Assembly (NCBI RefSeq): GCF_963921235.1
Contig: NC_086118.1
Span: forward strand, 21,516,001 to 21,580,000
From: Mobula hypostoma
Taxonomy: Eukaryota
Length of the DNA stretch: 64,000 nt
Direction: 5' to 3'
Shown in pieces: positions 53,819 to 64,000 of the stretch. A program made the position numbers and the translations under genes. Numbering within the stretch: position 1 is the stretch's first letter; every line of letters begins with the position of its first letter. The notes beneath the pieces were generated by a model. It was not told where the DNA came from and made no database searches. It was given only the letters and a program-made list of their open reading frames with translations.

Positions 53819-54056
53819 TGCTATCTATTTACTATTTCAGTAGTATTTAAGTAATATTTTAATATATTGTTTGATTAAGCATTCTTCTGTGTTTAAATAA
53901 TTCATAGGGGTTGTAGTTAAATATAAATAAATTGCATATGTCCTGACACTACCATGTGACACATGCACACCTCGCTTAAAGTAAACATGAAGTTAGACTC
54001 ATATTTCAGATTTCTGTGTCTTCCTTTTAAATAGTTTGAGGTTTTGGAGTTACAAA
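53819..54056 (+). repeat. 5' LTR (last few bases lost)
   Basis: Collinear with 56096-56343 (TATTTCAGTAGTATTT, AATTGCATATGTC, GCTTAAAGTA, AAGTTAGACTCA, GTTTTGGAGTTACAAA). Confidence 0.85.
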
Positions 54057-55007
54057 GGTATTTTTAGAATGATGAAAATTCTGATAATGATGAGAGTGAC
54101 ACAGGACAAGCTAAGCATGAAAACTAAGCAGAAAAAAGCAATATGGCTGACACCAGAACTGAATGGTAAATTAATTAAAATGGAATTGGACACTGGCTCA
54201 GTTGTTTCAGTCATTCCACAAAATGAGTTTGAACTGCATTTCAAAGATATTGAATTGAAACCTGCAGTTATCCAACTTATACTGGAGAAAAGATAACTCC
54301 TGTGGGAAGGACATTCGTAACCATGAAATACACAACCAACAAGCCAATTTGGGCTTGTATGTGGTAAAAACAGGAGCGCCTGCATTGTGGGGATGTGATA
54401 GGCTGAGACAACTACATCTTGATTGGAGATCCATCCGCCATTTGCGTGCCACATCCCTGCGATAATGTCAACTGAAAGGGAATTAAGAAAGGTACTAGAT
54501 GATGCCACAACTGTCTCCATGAACTGTTGCCCGACAGAGGGCAGTCAGGTGTGGGTGCCAGTCTCTGTGCTTCTGGTGGGAAAGCATATTGGACCAAGGA
54601 AGGTCTATGCTGCTCAGAATAAGTGTGAAACTGATGAAAACAGTGGTCTGACCACAACAGTTTTTGTAAGCATCATATCTGAGAAAGCTTCTGATATGTT
54701 AATCAGTCAGTTAATTGCAAAATGTGGCTCGCTTATGAACTGGAAGAGAGTTCAAGGAGCTTCAAGAAAATTGCAAGCATTCGGCTCCTGCAAGAATAGC
54801 AAACAAAATCTACACTGTGTGGATTAAGGTTACTGCATGAACTTCAAGAGGAGACAAAAGAGCTGCTTGTAAAAGTAGATGCAAAGACCAAAGCCCAACT
54901 GGATGAATGGAAGGCCAGAAAAGAAAGGAGTCAATGGAAATATGAAAACAGAAGATTTATCAGATGATGTGGATGAGGAAACCAAGAGGAGAGATCAGAT
55001 CATAAAG

Positions 55008-55676
55008 CTTCAGGATCAGCTTCTTCCCCTCTGCCATCTAATTTCTGAATTGACATATAACCATATAACATATAAGGATTAGAGCACGGAAACAGGCCAT
55101 CTCGGCCCTTCTAGTCCGTGCCGAACTCTTACTCTCACCTAGTCCCACTGACCTGCACTCAGCCTATAACCCTCCATACCTTTCCTGTCCATATAGCTAT
55201 CCAATTTAACTTTAAATGACAACATCGAACCTGCCTCAACCACTTCTGCTGGAAGCTCGTTCCACTCTCTGAGTAAAGAAGTTCCCCCTCATGTTACCCC
55301 TAAACTTTTGCCCTTTAACTCTCAACTCATGTCCTATTGTTTGAATCTCCCCCACTCTCAATGGAAAAAGCCTATCCACGTCAACTCTATCTATCCCCCT
55401 CATAATTTTAAATACCTCTATCAAGTCCCCCCTCAACCTTCTACGCTCCAAAGAATGAAGACCCAACTTGTTCAACCTTTCTCTGTAACTTAGGAGATGA
55501 AACCCAGGCAACATTTTAGTAAATCTCATTTTTGCACTTCTTATTTAATTTAACTATTTAACATCTATTCTTACTGTAATTCACATTTTTCTCTATTATT
55601 ATGTATTGCATTGTACTGCTGCCACACAGACAACAAATGTCATGACATATGCCAATGATATTAAACCTGATTCTGA
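55008..55676 (+). mobile_element. Rex-type 3' tail inserted in the RBM25 retrocopy, itself interrupted by CR1
   Basis: TTCAGGATCAGCTTCTTCCCCTCTGCCATC...ATTAAACCTGATTCTGA, homologous to the other Rex tails in this window. Confidence 0.8.
55056..55528 (-). mobile_element. Young CR1 3' fragment
   Basis: Peptide RFTKMLPGFHLLSYRERL...; nearly identical to 59775-60346. Confidence 0.9.
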
Positions 55677-56095
55677 AATGAGCAATAGAACGATTAATAA
55701 GAGAATACTCCAGTGAACTAAGTGCACCTTCTCAAGATCAAGATGTACAAACTAGAAAAAAAGGAAGAAGGTGTCAGAAGCACACCCAGCAGTCTCAAAG
55801 TCAAATCCTTCAACCACCATGGAGGAGGCTCCAAAAACTGAGATTGTTTCAAATCCACAAGTCTCACCCGTCAAGCAGAGTGACCACCCCCTCCCTCCCC
55901 CAATCAAGAAAGATTTTATCCCACAAGAGTAAGTCTCCACAGCGATTAAATCTTTAGGTCTGAATGGGGTAATTTACCATGCTGTGGATGTCCATATAGT
56001 AGTTGTATTATATATTATAAAGTATATATAGGATATCTATATAAGTTGAGGTGCATTTTATATTAAGTTGGAGTTTATAGCTAAGCAGGGAGGAG

Positions 56096-56343
56096 TGTTG
56101 TGTATATAATATTTCAGTAGTATTTGAGTAATATTATAAATATGTTGTTTGTTTAGGCGTTCTTTTTCATTTAAATCATTAATTACAGGTTATATGTAAA
56201 AATAAGTGAATTGCATATGTCATGACGCTACCACATCATATATGTGCGCCTTGCTTAAAGTATGCACAAAGTTAGACTCACATTTCAGACTCACGTGTCT
56301 TCCTTTTAATTTGTTTAATGTTTTGGAGTTACAAAACATAACG
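56096..56343 (+). repeat. 3' LTR
   Basis: Starts TGTTGTGT directly after the PPT and ends ACATAAC(G), giving imperfect inverted termini. Confidence 0.88.
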
Positions 56344-57799
56344 GGTACCAGGCATTCAAAATCCCCTATGTGGACAGGGTGGACCCCTAGTCTTCGCATT
56401 CCATTTATGCACAGGAATAGCTTTCCACAGGCTTGGGACAGCTATGGGAAATCCCTTGCACAGTCCAGCCAGTGAAAGAAAGGCTTCAGAGCTTCATTAG
56501 TCAAAGTCTTCCTTCTTGAATGTAAACATTTCCTAATGACAAACTAAGCAGCATGAAATATGAATGTTGGCCTTTGACAGCTTTTAATAACATAACATAA
56601 CTTTGTTAATCCTCTGCAGGTTAGAAGAGCGGGTTACATCCAAACTAAATAAAAATGTAAACAGGGCCCCTTTCAACATGTTGCAGACATTTTCCCCAAG
56701 CTCCTTAAACGTCAAGTAGTGTAATCATAGAGTGAAGTTATTATGTATCCTCCCTGCTTGCATAGAGGAATAAAGATTTACCAAGAGGACTTGGGTGCAA
56801 ACACAGAATTATGTGCTTACACAAATATTCAGTTTAAAGCCTCCACAGAGTTGCAATCTGTCTCTGACACAATGAATTTTGTAACATGCAAGTTTAGACT
56901 TCGAACCTCTGTATTGGTTGGTTTATGGAGCTTACAATTCTGACTGATTTTGATTTGCTCCATTTGCTGTGGTAACATTGTTTTAAAACAGTGCCTGGAT
57001 TGTTTCAGTGAAAGATTTTTTAAAATGAAAGGAGCAGTTTAACTTACATACCTGGGAACTATAAATGATCCTGACATGATTGAGTATGCAGCCTCCATCA
57101 AGACGTCTGCATTGCCATAGCACCAGCAGTTCATTCACACCCCTGGGAATTGGCTGGGTTTGAGGAAGATGGGGCTCAGTGCCCCAAAGCCCTGATTCAT
57201 TTTATAACCTGCCCAAGATATTGTTCAAATCTGGTGAATCCCCACAATGGGCATCAATGCTCCCTGGGCTATCTGACTTTAAGCAGCAACTATTGGCAAC
57301 GCAGCAGACAATCTATTTCTGATTGAGCAGCTACTATCTTCAAATGAGAACAGTGTGGATTCAAGGAAAAGATTGAACAAGTGGTCAGGATGTTAAACCA
57401 TAGGGTTAGAATGGTTAAAATGTTATATCTGCTAAAATTGATCAAAGCAATTACCATTCAAATGTCTACTTATCTGACATATAACCTGCGTTCCCTAAAA
57501 GAAAGAGACATTGTATATGCCGATACACAGTATTTAGAATGACACAAGGAACAGCATGTAAATTTTCATTTAAACATTCTTCAGCTGTTTTTGGAGTTCA
57601 CGTCAAGAATGTGCTGGGCAAAAGTGTTTGTCTGATCTAATGATCACCTTTAAGTATAAACTACAAGCCTCATGGCAAGATCCAGTTGTTTATAACATGC
57701 TGGCATAAGATGTAATTATGTCAATGTGATTCCCAACTGACCAGTAAGGTCTGAGAATTCCAAGAACCCATGCAATTCGTGCTGGCTGCCTGCTAATAA

Positions 57800-59322
57800 G
57801 TTCAAAGTAAATGTATTATCAAAGTACATACTGCATACGAGGGGTGATTGATAAGTTCGTGGCCTAAGGTAGAAGGAGTCAATTTTAGAAAACCTAGCAC
57901 ACTTATTTTTCAACATAGTCCCCGCCTACATGTACACACTCAGTCCAGCAGTCGTGGAGCACACGGATCCCTTCTTTGTAGAAGTGGTCCACAGCAGGGG
58001 TGATTGATAAGTTTGTGGCCTAAGGTAGAAGAAGGTGAGTTACTAACTTCAAACTTTCTGCATTATCACTCAAAGAGTTGAACTGCACGTGCATGTAACG
58101 AGAGCATCTTGGACCTCCAGGTGGTCCGCAGCAGGGGTGATTGATAAGTTTGTGGCCTAAGGTAGAAGGAGATGAGTTATACAGCTCTCGTTATATGCAC
58201 GTGCAGATCAACTCCTTGAGTGATAATGCAGAAAGCTTGAAGTTAATAACTCATCTCCTTCTACCTTAGGCCACAAACTTATCATTCACCCCTCCTGTGG
58301 ACCACTTTCTGGAGGTCCAAGATGCCGACCTCTACAAAGAAGGGATCCATATGCTCCATGACCGCTGGACTAAGTGTGTAAATGTAGAAGAAATAAATGT
58401 GCTAGGTTTTCTAAAATTGACTCCTTCTAACTTAGGCCACAAACTTATCAATCACCCCTCGTATGTCACCATATACAACCCAGAGATTCTTCTTTTTGTG
58501 GGTATACTCAATAAATCTATAGAATAATAACCATAACAGAATCAATGGAAGACCGGCCAAAGAAAAAATAATAATAAGTAAATAAGCAATAAATATCAAG
58601 AACATGAGAAGAAGAATCCTTGAAAGTGAGTCCATTGGTTGTGGGAAAATTTCAGTGATGGGGCAAGTGAAGTTATCCTTTTTGGATCAAGAGCCTGATG
58701 GCTCAGGGGTACTAAACTATTCCAGATCCTGGTGGTGTGAGTCCTGAGGCTCCAGTACCCTATTCCTGATGGCAGCAGCCAAAAGAGAGCCTGTCTTGGG
58801 CGGAGGGGGTCCCCGACGAATGATGTTGCCTTCCTGTGAGAGTGTTTCATGTAGATGTGCTCAATGGTGGGGAGGGCGTTACCTGTAACATACTGGACCG
58901 TATCAAGGAATTTCTGTAGGATTTTCCATTCAAAGGCTTTGGTGTTCCATATCAGGCTGTTATGCAGCCAGTCAATATACTCTCCATCACACAGCTATAC
59001 ATGTTTGTCAAAGTTTTAGATGTCATGCCAAATTTCTGCAAAATCCTAAGGAAGAAAAGTGCTGCCCTACTTTCCTTGCAATTACACTTTTGTGCTGGGC
59101 CCAGGACAGGCCGTCCGAATTAGTAACACCAAGGAATTGAAAGTGGTCGACCCTCTCCATCTCTAGTACTCCAGTGAGCACGGGCTCGTGATTTCTGGTT
59201 TCCTTCTCCTGAACTCAGTAAACAGCTCCTTGGTTTTGATGACATTGAGCAAGAGGTTGTCATTATGGCAGCACTCAGCCAGAATTTCAATCTCCCTCCT
59301 ATATGCTGAATCATCACCATCA
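57800..59322 (-). mobile_element. Decayed Rex-type LINE 3' part, host of the mariner MITE
   Basis: Peptides NDNLLLNVIKTKEL, LLPSGIGYWSLRTHTTR; (TTGAAC) tail at about 57800. Confidence 0.8.
57838..58461. mobile_element. Mariner-derived palindromic MITE
   Basis: TA|CGAGGGGTGATTGATAAGTT...AACTTATCAATCACCCCTCG|TA; both arms carry a mariner C-terminal remnant (LYKEGIHMLHDRWTKCVNVE); three internal TIR copies. Confidence 0.9.
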
Positions 59323-59774
59323 TAAAATAATAACAACAACAACAACAATAATAATAGTAAGTGTAACGTTATGATCTGGAGTCAGTAGGGCAACAAAACA
59401 GTGGCTGAGTTGCTTTCCAATTAAGTTGTCTGTGTAAGTGAGGTAACAGGATGATTTTCATCAGACCAGAACTTGATAGTGAAATCCCCCAAATAACACA
59501 CATGCTAAGTAAATTTTCTTAATCAATAATTTATAACATTTGGCAATTTGACTTGTGAAGTTGGGATTCCTTCTAGATCTCATAGCTTCCTAAAATAAGA
59601 ACCATACATCTTCTGCCGTTAACCATGACTAACCATCACTTTCCATGGGTTGAGATGATCCCAGAGTGCTCCCTCAACTTCTGAATTGTCAGCCAGCTGG
59701 AGATTGATAACAACAGACAAGAAAGGAGTTTGCCACCTCTGGTGACAGAGAGTCCAGAATGGAAAAAAATCGGA

Positions 59775-60346
59775 TTACAAGAACAAATTTGGAGTACTGT
59801 GTACAGTTCTGGTCACCGAATTATAGGAAAGATGTCAATAAAATTGAGAGAGTACAGAGGAGATTTACTAAAATGTTGCCTGCGTTTCATCTTCTAAGTT
59901 ACAGAGAAAGGTTGAACAAGTTGGGTCTTTATTCTTTGGAGCGTAGAAGGTTGAGGGGGGACTTGATAGAGGTGTTTAAAATTATGAGGGGGATAGATAG
60001 AGTTGACGTGGATAGGCTTTTTCCATTGAGAGTAGGGGAGATTCAAACAAGAGGACATGAGTTGAGAGTTAAAGGGCAAAAGTTTAGGGGTAACATGAGG
60101 GGGAACTTCTTTACTCAGAGTGGTAGCTGTGTGGAACGAGCTTCCAGCAGAAGTGGTTGAGGCAGGTTCGATGTTGTCGTTTAAAGTTAAATTAGATAGC
60201 TATCTGGACAGGAAAGGAATGGACGGTTATGGGCTGAGTGCAGGTCGGTGGGACTAGGTGAGAGTAAGAATTCGGCACGGACTAGAAGGGCCAAGATGGC
60301 CTGTTTCCGTGCTGTAATTGTTATATGGTTAAATGGTTATATGGTT
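59775..60346 (+). mobile_element. Young CR1 3' fragment
   Basis: Peptide LEYCVQFWSPNYRKD...TRGHELRVKG; (TTATATGG)n tail. Confidence 0.92.
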
Positions 60347-60447
60347 TACCATTGGAGAAGATGGTGGTAATGTCTTGATGAAGGGTCTTGGCCTGAAACG
60401 TTGACTGCTTATTCCCCTCCATAGATGCTGCCTGACTTGCTGAGTTC

Positions 60448-60543
60448 CTCCAGCATTTGTGTGTGCTGCTCAAGATCTCCAGCATTTGTGTGTGCTGCTC
60501 AAGATCTCCAGCATTTGTGTGTGCTGCTCAAGATCTCCAGCAT
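60448..60543 (+). repeat. Tandem repeat, about 3.3 x 29 bp, in a PLE terminal remnant
   Basis: Unit CTCCAGCATTTGTGTGTGCTGCTCAAGAT starting at 60448, 60477 and 60506. Confidence 0.92.
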
Positions 60544-61533
60544 CTGCAGACTCTGCGTTCTAATGAGTTGCATACCAGCACATTTGGCTCCAACTTGCAT
60601 GTAAATTAATGAGATAATTCTTTGCCTATACACACTTAGCTGATTCCCTTATAAAAGGCTTGTATAATAGTAATAACACTCCATTGCTGGAGAAGGAATA
60701 AACAACAATCACTCTTTTTCCTGATTGCTTCCTAGTGCCATTGAAAGCATGCATTGGGATATCCGGTTAGATCATACATTGTTTTCAGGAAATAAGTGTT
60801 AAGTGCCATACTCACTAAAGTCTCTCACATGCTGTACACTTGATCTGATCTTAGTTATACCAGATAACCTAAAACTATGTCAATCTGTTTCTGTTTTGAA
60901 TAATTTGCTATGCTTTATCATTCTGTAATAATTGCTTCTGAACTAAATACAAGCATCTGTGATTTTGAAAACCATCCCATCTTTGTGTAATTTAGATAAT
61001 TTATGTCTTGATTTACAGCCTCATTTCATGGTTAGTGTTCTGATTGTGCTGAAATCTATCAAGTAGCATTCTTGATGAAGTAATTTGTCTACTCATATAA
61101 GGCTTACAATTCGCAATAAGAATAAAGGAAGTCATGATGAATCATTACAACAGGCTGGCTTGGCCATAACTATAATATTGTGTTCAGTTCCGGACAATGA
61201 TGTAAACACACTTGCCTCTTGCCTCCCTCTGGCACCCCTCCTCCTTCCCTTTCTCCCAGGGTCCACTCTCTTCTCCTATTAGTTTCCTTCTTCTTCAGCC
61301 CTTTAACTTTTCCACCTATTGCCTCCCAACATTTCACTTCATCCTCCCCCCCCCCACCTACCTCCCCCCTCACTTGGCTTCAGCGATCACATTTTAGCTT
61401 ATACTCTTACCACCCCTCCCTCCCCCCACCACCTTCTTATCCTGATTTCAGTTCCCTTTCTTTCCAGTCCTGATGAAGGGCTTCAGCCGGAAGCATCTAT
61501 TGTTTATTCATCTCTGTAGAAGCTGCCCGAACT

Positions 61534-61666
61534 GCTGAGTTTTGCCGCCATTTTGTGTGTGTTAACAGCTGAGTTTCGCCACCATTTTGTGTGTGTTAAC
61601 AGCTGAGTTTCGCCACCATTTTGTGTGTGTTAACAGCTGAGTTTCGCCACCATTTTGTGTGTGTGT
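61534..61666 (+). repeat. Tandem repeat, about 4 x 34 bp, at the end of a PLE remnant (about 61190-61533)
   Basis: Unit GCTGAGTTTCGCCACCATTTTGTGTGTGTTAACA starting at 61534, 61568, 61602 and 61636. Confidence 0.92.
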
Positions 61667-62994
61667 AGAAGCTTTGGAGAAGATGCAGAAGAGTATTTCC
61701 AAAATTATTTCAGGGAGGATGACTTCAGTTACGTAGATAGATTGTAAAAGCTGAGAGTTACAAGAGACTGCAGGTGCTAGAATCTGGGGCAACAATACAG
61801 TAAGTGCTGGAGGAACTGAAGGCTTTTTACCGTTGTAAAAGCCGGAGATGCTCTCCTTGGAATGGCAGAGACATGAAGAGAATTGGACAAAGATAATTAA
61901 ATTAAAGAAGGGTATCGTATATTCAGATTAGAGAGTGTGAACTGTTCCTGTTGGTGGATGAGTCAAGAAGTAGGAGACGTAAAAGGAGAGTGATAAAGTG
62001 GCTAAAATGACATGAGAATGAGTTTTTTTACAGAGGGTGTGTAGAGTGTGAAGTATGAGTCTTCCTCCAGAGAGTGTGTAGAAATGCAATGTTGATGGTT
62101 GTAGAACATTCAACTGTAACATTCAAAAGGGAACAAACGTCACTTTGTCACTTTTCCATTTCTTGTCAGAGTCACCTTATGTTCTGATACTCCTGCACCT
62201 AGCATCAGTCTATGCATATAAGCTAATCTTATGTATATATGACCACACTCAACAATTCCTTGTACATTGTGTTTTTTGGATTGTCTTTATGTATTTTAAG
62301 CTTATTGTGTTTTTAAAGCTGCGTCGGATCAATCGTTTTGATCTCCTTTACACTCATGTTCTGAAGAAAACCAATGAACAATTTTGAATCTTGAAATATA
62401 ACTGAAGATTGAGGAAAAGGTGTGAAGCTTGGACCAACAGAAAGGCTCTTTCAGTATGAGCCAAAGGGCTGATAGGCCTCCTGCCTTGCTGTAATCATTT
62501 TGAGGTTTGGTTTAAAATCTTATTTTGGACATGTTCTTTTATTGAGAGAAACGGTTTTGAGTATTTTGTTCTGCAAAACCTATGATGATAAAATATTTTC
62601 ATTGGAAGTAGTTACAAAATTACATTAATTACAATCCCATTGTGAGTATTACGTTATGTGCTTTAGTATTAGATATTGACTGAAGAAGTATGACTCAAAG
62701 TTGAGACACAGGCATATTCACTATGTATTTTGGTAATATTCACTCAAGCCTGAAAATGTTTAATGGAACTAATGATGCTTGAGGAAGCAGGAAGGAGGGA
62801 TGGAATGAAGGGAGTGAGATGTGGGATGCTATTTCCAGGCCTGGCCCTCTGAGAACAATATTCCCTCATGACCAACACCTGATGCTATAGAACCAGGAAT
62901 GTCCTCTCCTTGAGTCCTGGAGATTTGAGTGGCAATCAGTTAGGTAGTGCATTGAGGGAGGGGTGCAGGACTGGTGGGAGAATGGCGTGGCATG

Positions 62995-63483
62995 GAGCCA
63001 CTTATAGGTTCAATCATCCTGGCCTCCTCTACTGCCAGGATGAGGCTAAACTCAGGTTGGAGGAGCAACACCTCATATACTGCCTGGGTAGTCTCCAGCC
63101 CCTTGGTATGAACATAGAATTCTCCAACTTCCAGTAATTCCCTCCCCCTCCCTTTCCCTATCCCTATTTCACTCCGCCCCTCCCCCAGCTGCCTATCACC
63201 TCTCTCATGGTTCCGCTTCCTTCTACTACCCATTGTGTTTTACCCTATTCCTTCTTCACCTTTCCTGCCTCCCCTCCCCCACTCCTTTGTTTTTCCCTTT
63301 ACCTGGTTTTTCACCTGGAACCCATCAGCCTTCTCCTTCCCACCCTCCCCCCACCTTCTTTATAGGGTCTCTGCCCCTTCCCCCTACAGTCCTGACGAAG
63401 GGTTGCGGCCCGAAACATTGACCGATCTTTTCCACAGATGCTGCCCGACCTGCTGGGTGCCTCCAGCGTGTTGTGAGTGTTGT
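62995..63483 (+). mobile_element. Penelope-like 3' fragment, same subfamily as 23360-23884
   Basis: Peptide GLLYCQDEAKLRLEEQHLIY.LGSLQPLGMNIEFSNFQ*; pyrimidine-rich UTR; hammerhead with mutated cleavage region at 63387-63424. Confidence 0.9.
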
Positions 63484-63649
63484 AGGTTCAATCAGGCTGG
63501 AGTTTTTCAGCTGGGGGGGGCAGTTGAATGGGATATTCAGGAGCTGGGGAAGTAGGATCAGGTGTGGTAAAGGTGGTGGATCAGTCAGGAGATGACTTAA
63601 GACAGACACTACTTCAGGGACCTTTTCGATAATTTAAATTCACTTCAGA

Positions 63650-64000
63650 GGGGCATATACTAAGTTGAAGAAAATGATGACAGGTAACTTAGAAAAAAAT
63701 CATCAGGGTAGGCTGGAAGCAACTTGGATTTGCAAAGAAGAGATCACATTTGAAAATATGTTAGCTTTTTTTGAGTTTGTTTTCAGCAGAAACAATTAGG
63801 TCAAACCAGTTAATATAGTGTTTTTGACCCTTAGAAGATGTTTGAGAAGATAACACAAGAAATGATTAAACAGATATTATTGGGACAAGTTGAGGACTGG
63901 TTAGCCGACAGAAATCAGAAAATAGGAATAATTAGGTTGCTTTCAGATTGGAAAGTTGAGGTTATTGAGGTGAGTACGGAATAGAGCCCACAGCTTACAA
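63650..64000 (+). mobile_element. Highly decayed CR1 RT fragment running off the window end
   Basis: Remnants resembling PV.IV.LD..K.F.K and EDWLADRNQKIGI. Confidence 0.6.

Larger units (their letters stand above)
54549..55770 (+). pseudogene. RBM25: Processed (intronless) RBM25 fragment covering the RRM region, frameshifted, split at 55008-55676
   Basis: 54549-55007 reads VGKHIG..DENSGLTTTVFVSIISEKASDMLISQLIAKCG..WKRVQGASRKLQAFG..LRLLHELQ..LLVKVDAKTKAQLDEWKA..DEETKRRDQIIK; after the insertion it resumes AIERLIREYSSELSAPSQ..RKK, matching recalled vertebrate RBM25. Confidence 0.92.
53819..56343 (+). mobile_element. Old internally deleted Gypsy LTR retrotransposon carrying an RBM25 retrocopy
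   Basis: Two diverged LTRs; protease motif KMELDTGSVVSVI (54189-54197 = DTG); pol C-terminal tail ..ERFYPTRV..PQRLNL* ending 55957; PPT AAGCAGGGAGGAG at 56083-56095; TSD GATAC / GGTAC. Confidence 0.88.

Noticed and set aside
54423..54827. Functional RBM25 gene or exon
   Set aside because: No introns, several frameshifts downstream, interrupted by LINEs and embedded in an LTR element.
54549..55676. RBM25-Rex template-switch chimera made by a LINE RT
   Set aside because: RBM25 sequence resumes after the Rex tail, so Rex inserted later.
57040..57060. U1 snRNA-like ACTTAC/ATACCTGG motif
   Set aside because: Downstream sequence does not follow U1; at most a minus-strand donor-like motif.
60448..61666. 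CRISPR-like arrays (29-34 bp repeats)
   Set aside because: Head-to-tail units with no spacers, eukaryotic context, no cas genes.

Overview
Eukaryotic, TE-dense, non-genic (intronic or intergenic) vertebrate DNA. The repeat content points to a cartilaginous fish (shark or ray; inference): CR1 LINEs with an esterase ORF1, Rex1/Babar-type LINEs, Penelope-like elements, and HE1-like and Deu-domain SINEs. No intact host gene could be recognised, and nearly all ORFs in the track are TE fragments or antisense shadows. Highlights: (1) an old Gypsy LTR element (53819-56343; two LTRs, PPT, near-perfect 5-bp TSD) whose RT/RNaseH/integrase core is replaced by an intronless RBM25 mRNA fragment, later split by nested LINE insertions; (2) Penelope-like elements carrying minimal hammerhead ribozymes, including a TSD-flanked fold-back copy with a ribozyme at each end; (3) two near-identical young CR1 copies in inverted orientation; (4) a local inverted templated duplication; (5) Chapaev3-like, Tc1, mariner-MITE, hAT and L1 insertions, many nested with readable TSDs. 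All family assignments come from motif recall by eye, not database searches, and boundaries without a TSD are approximate.
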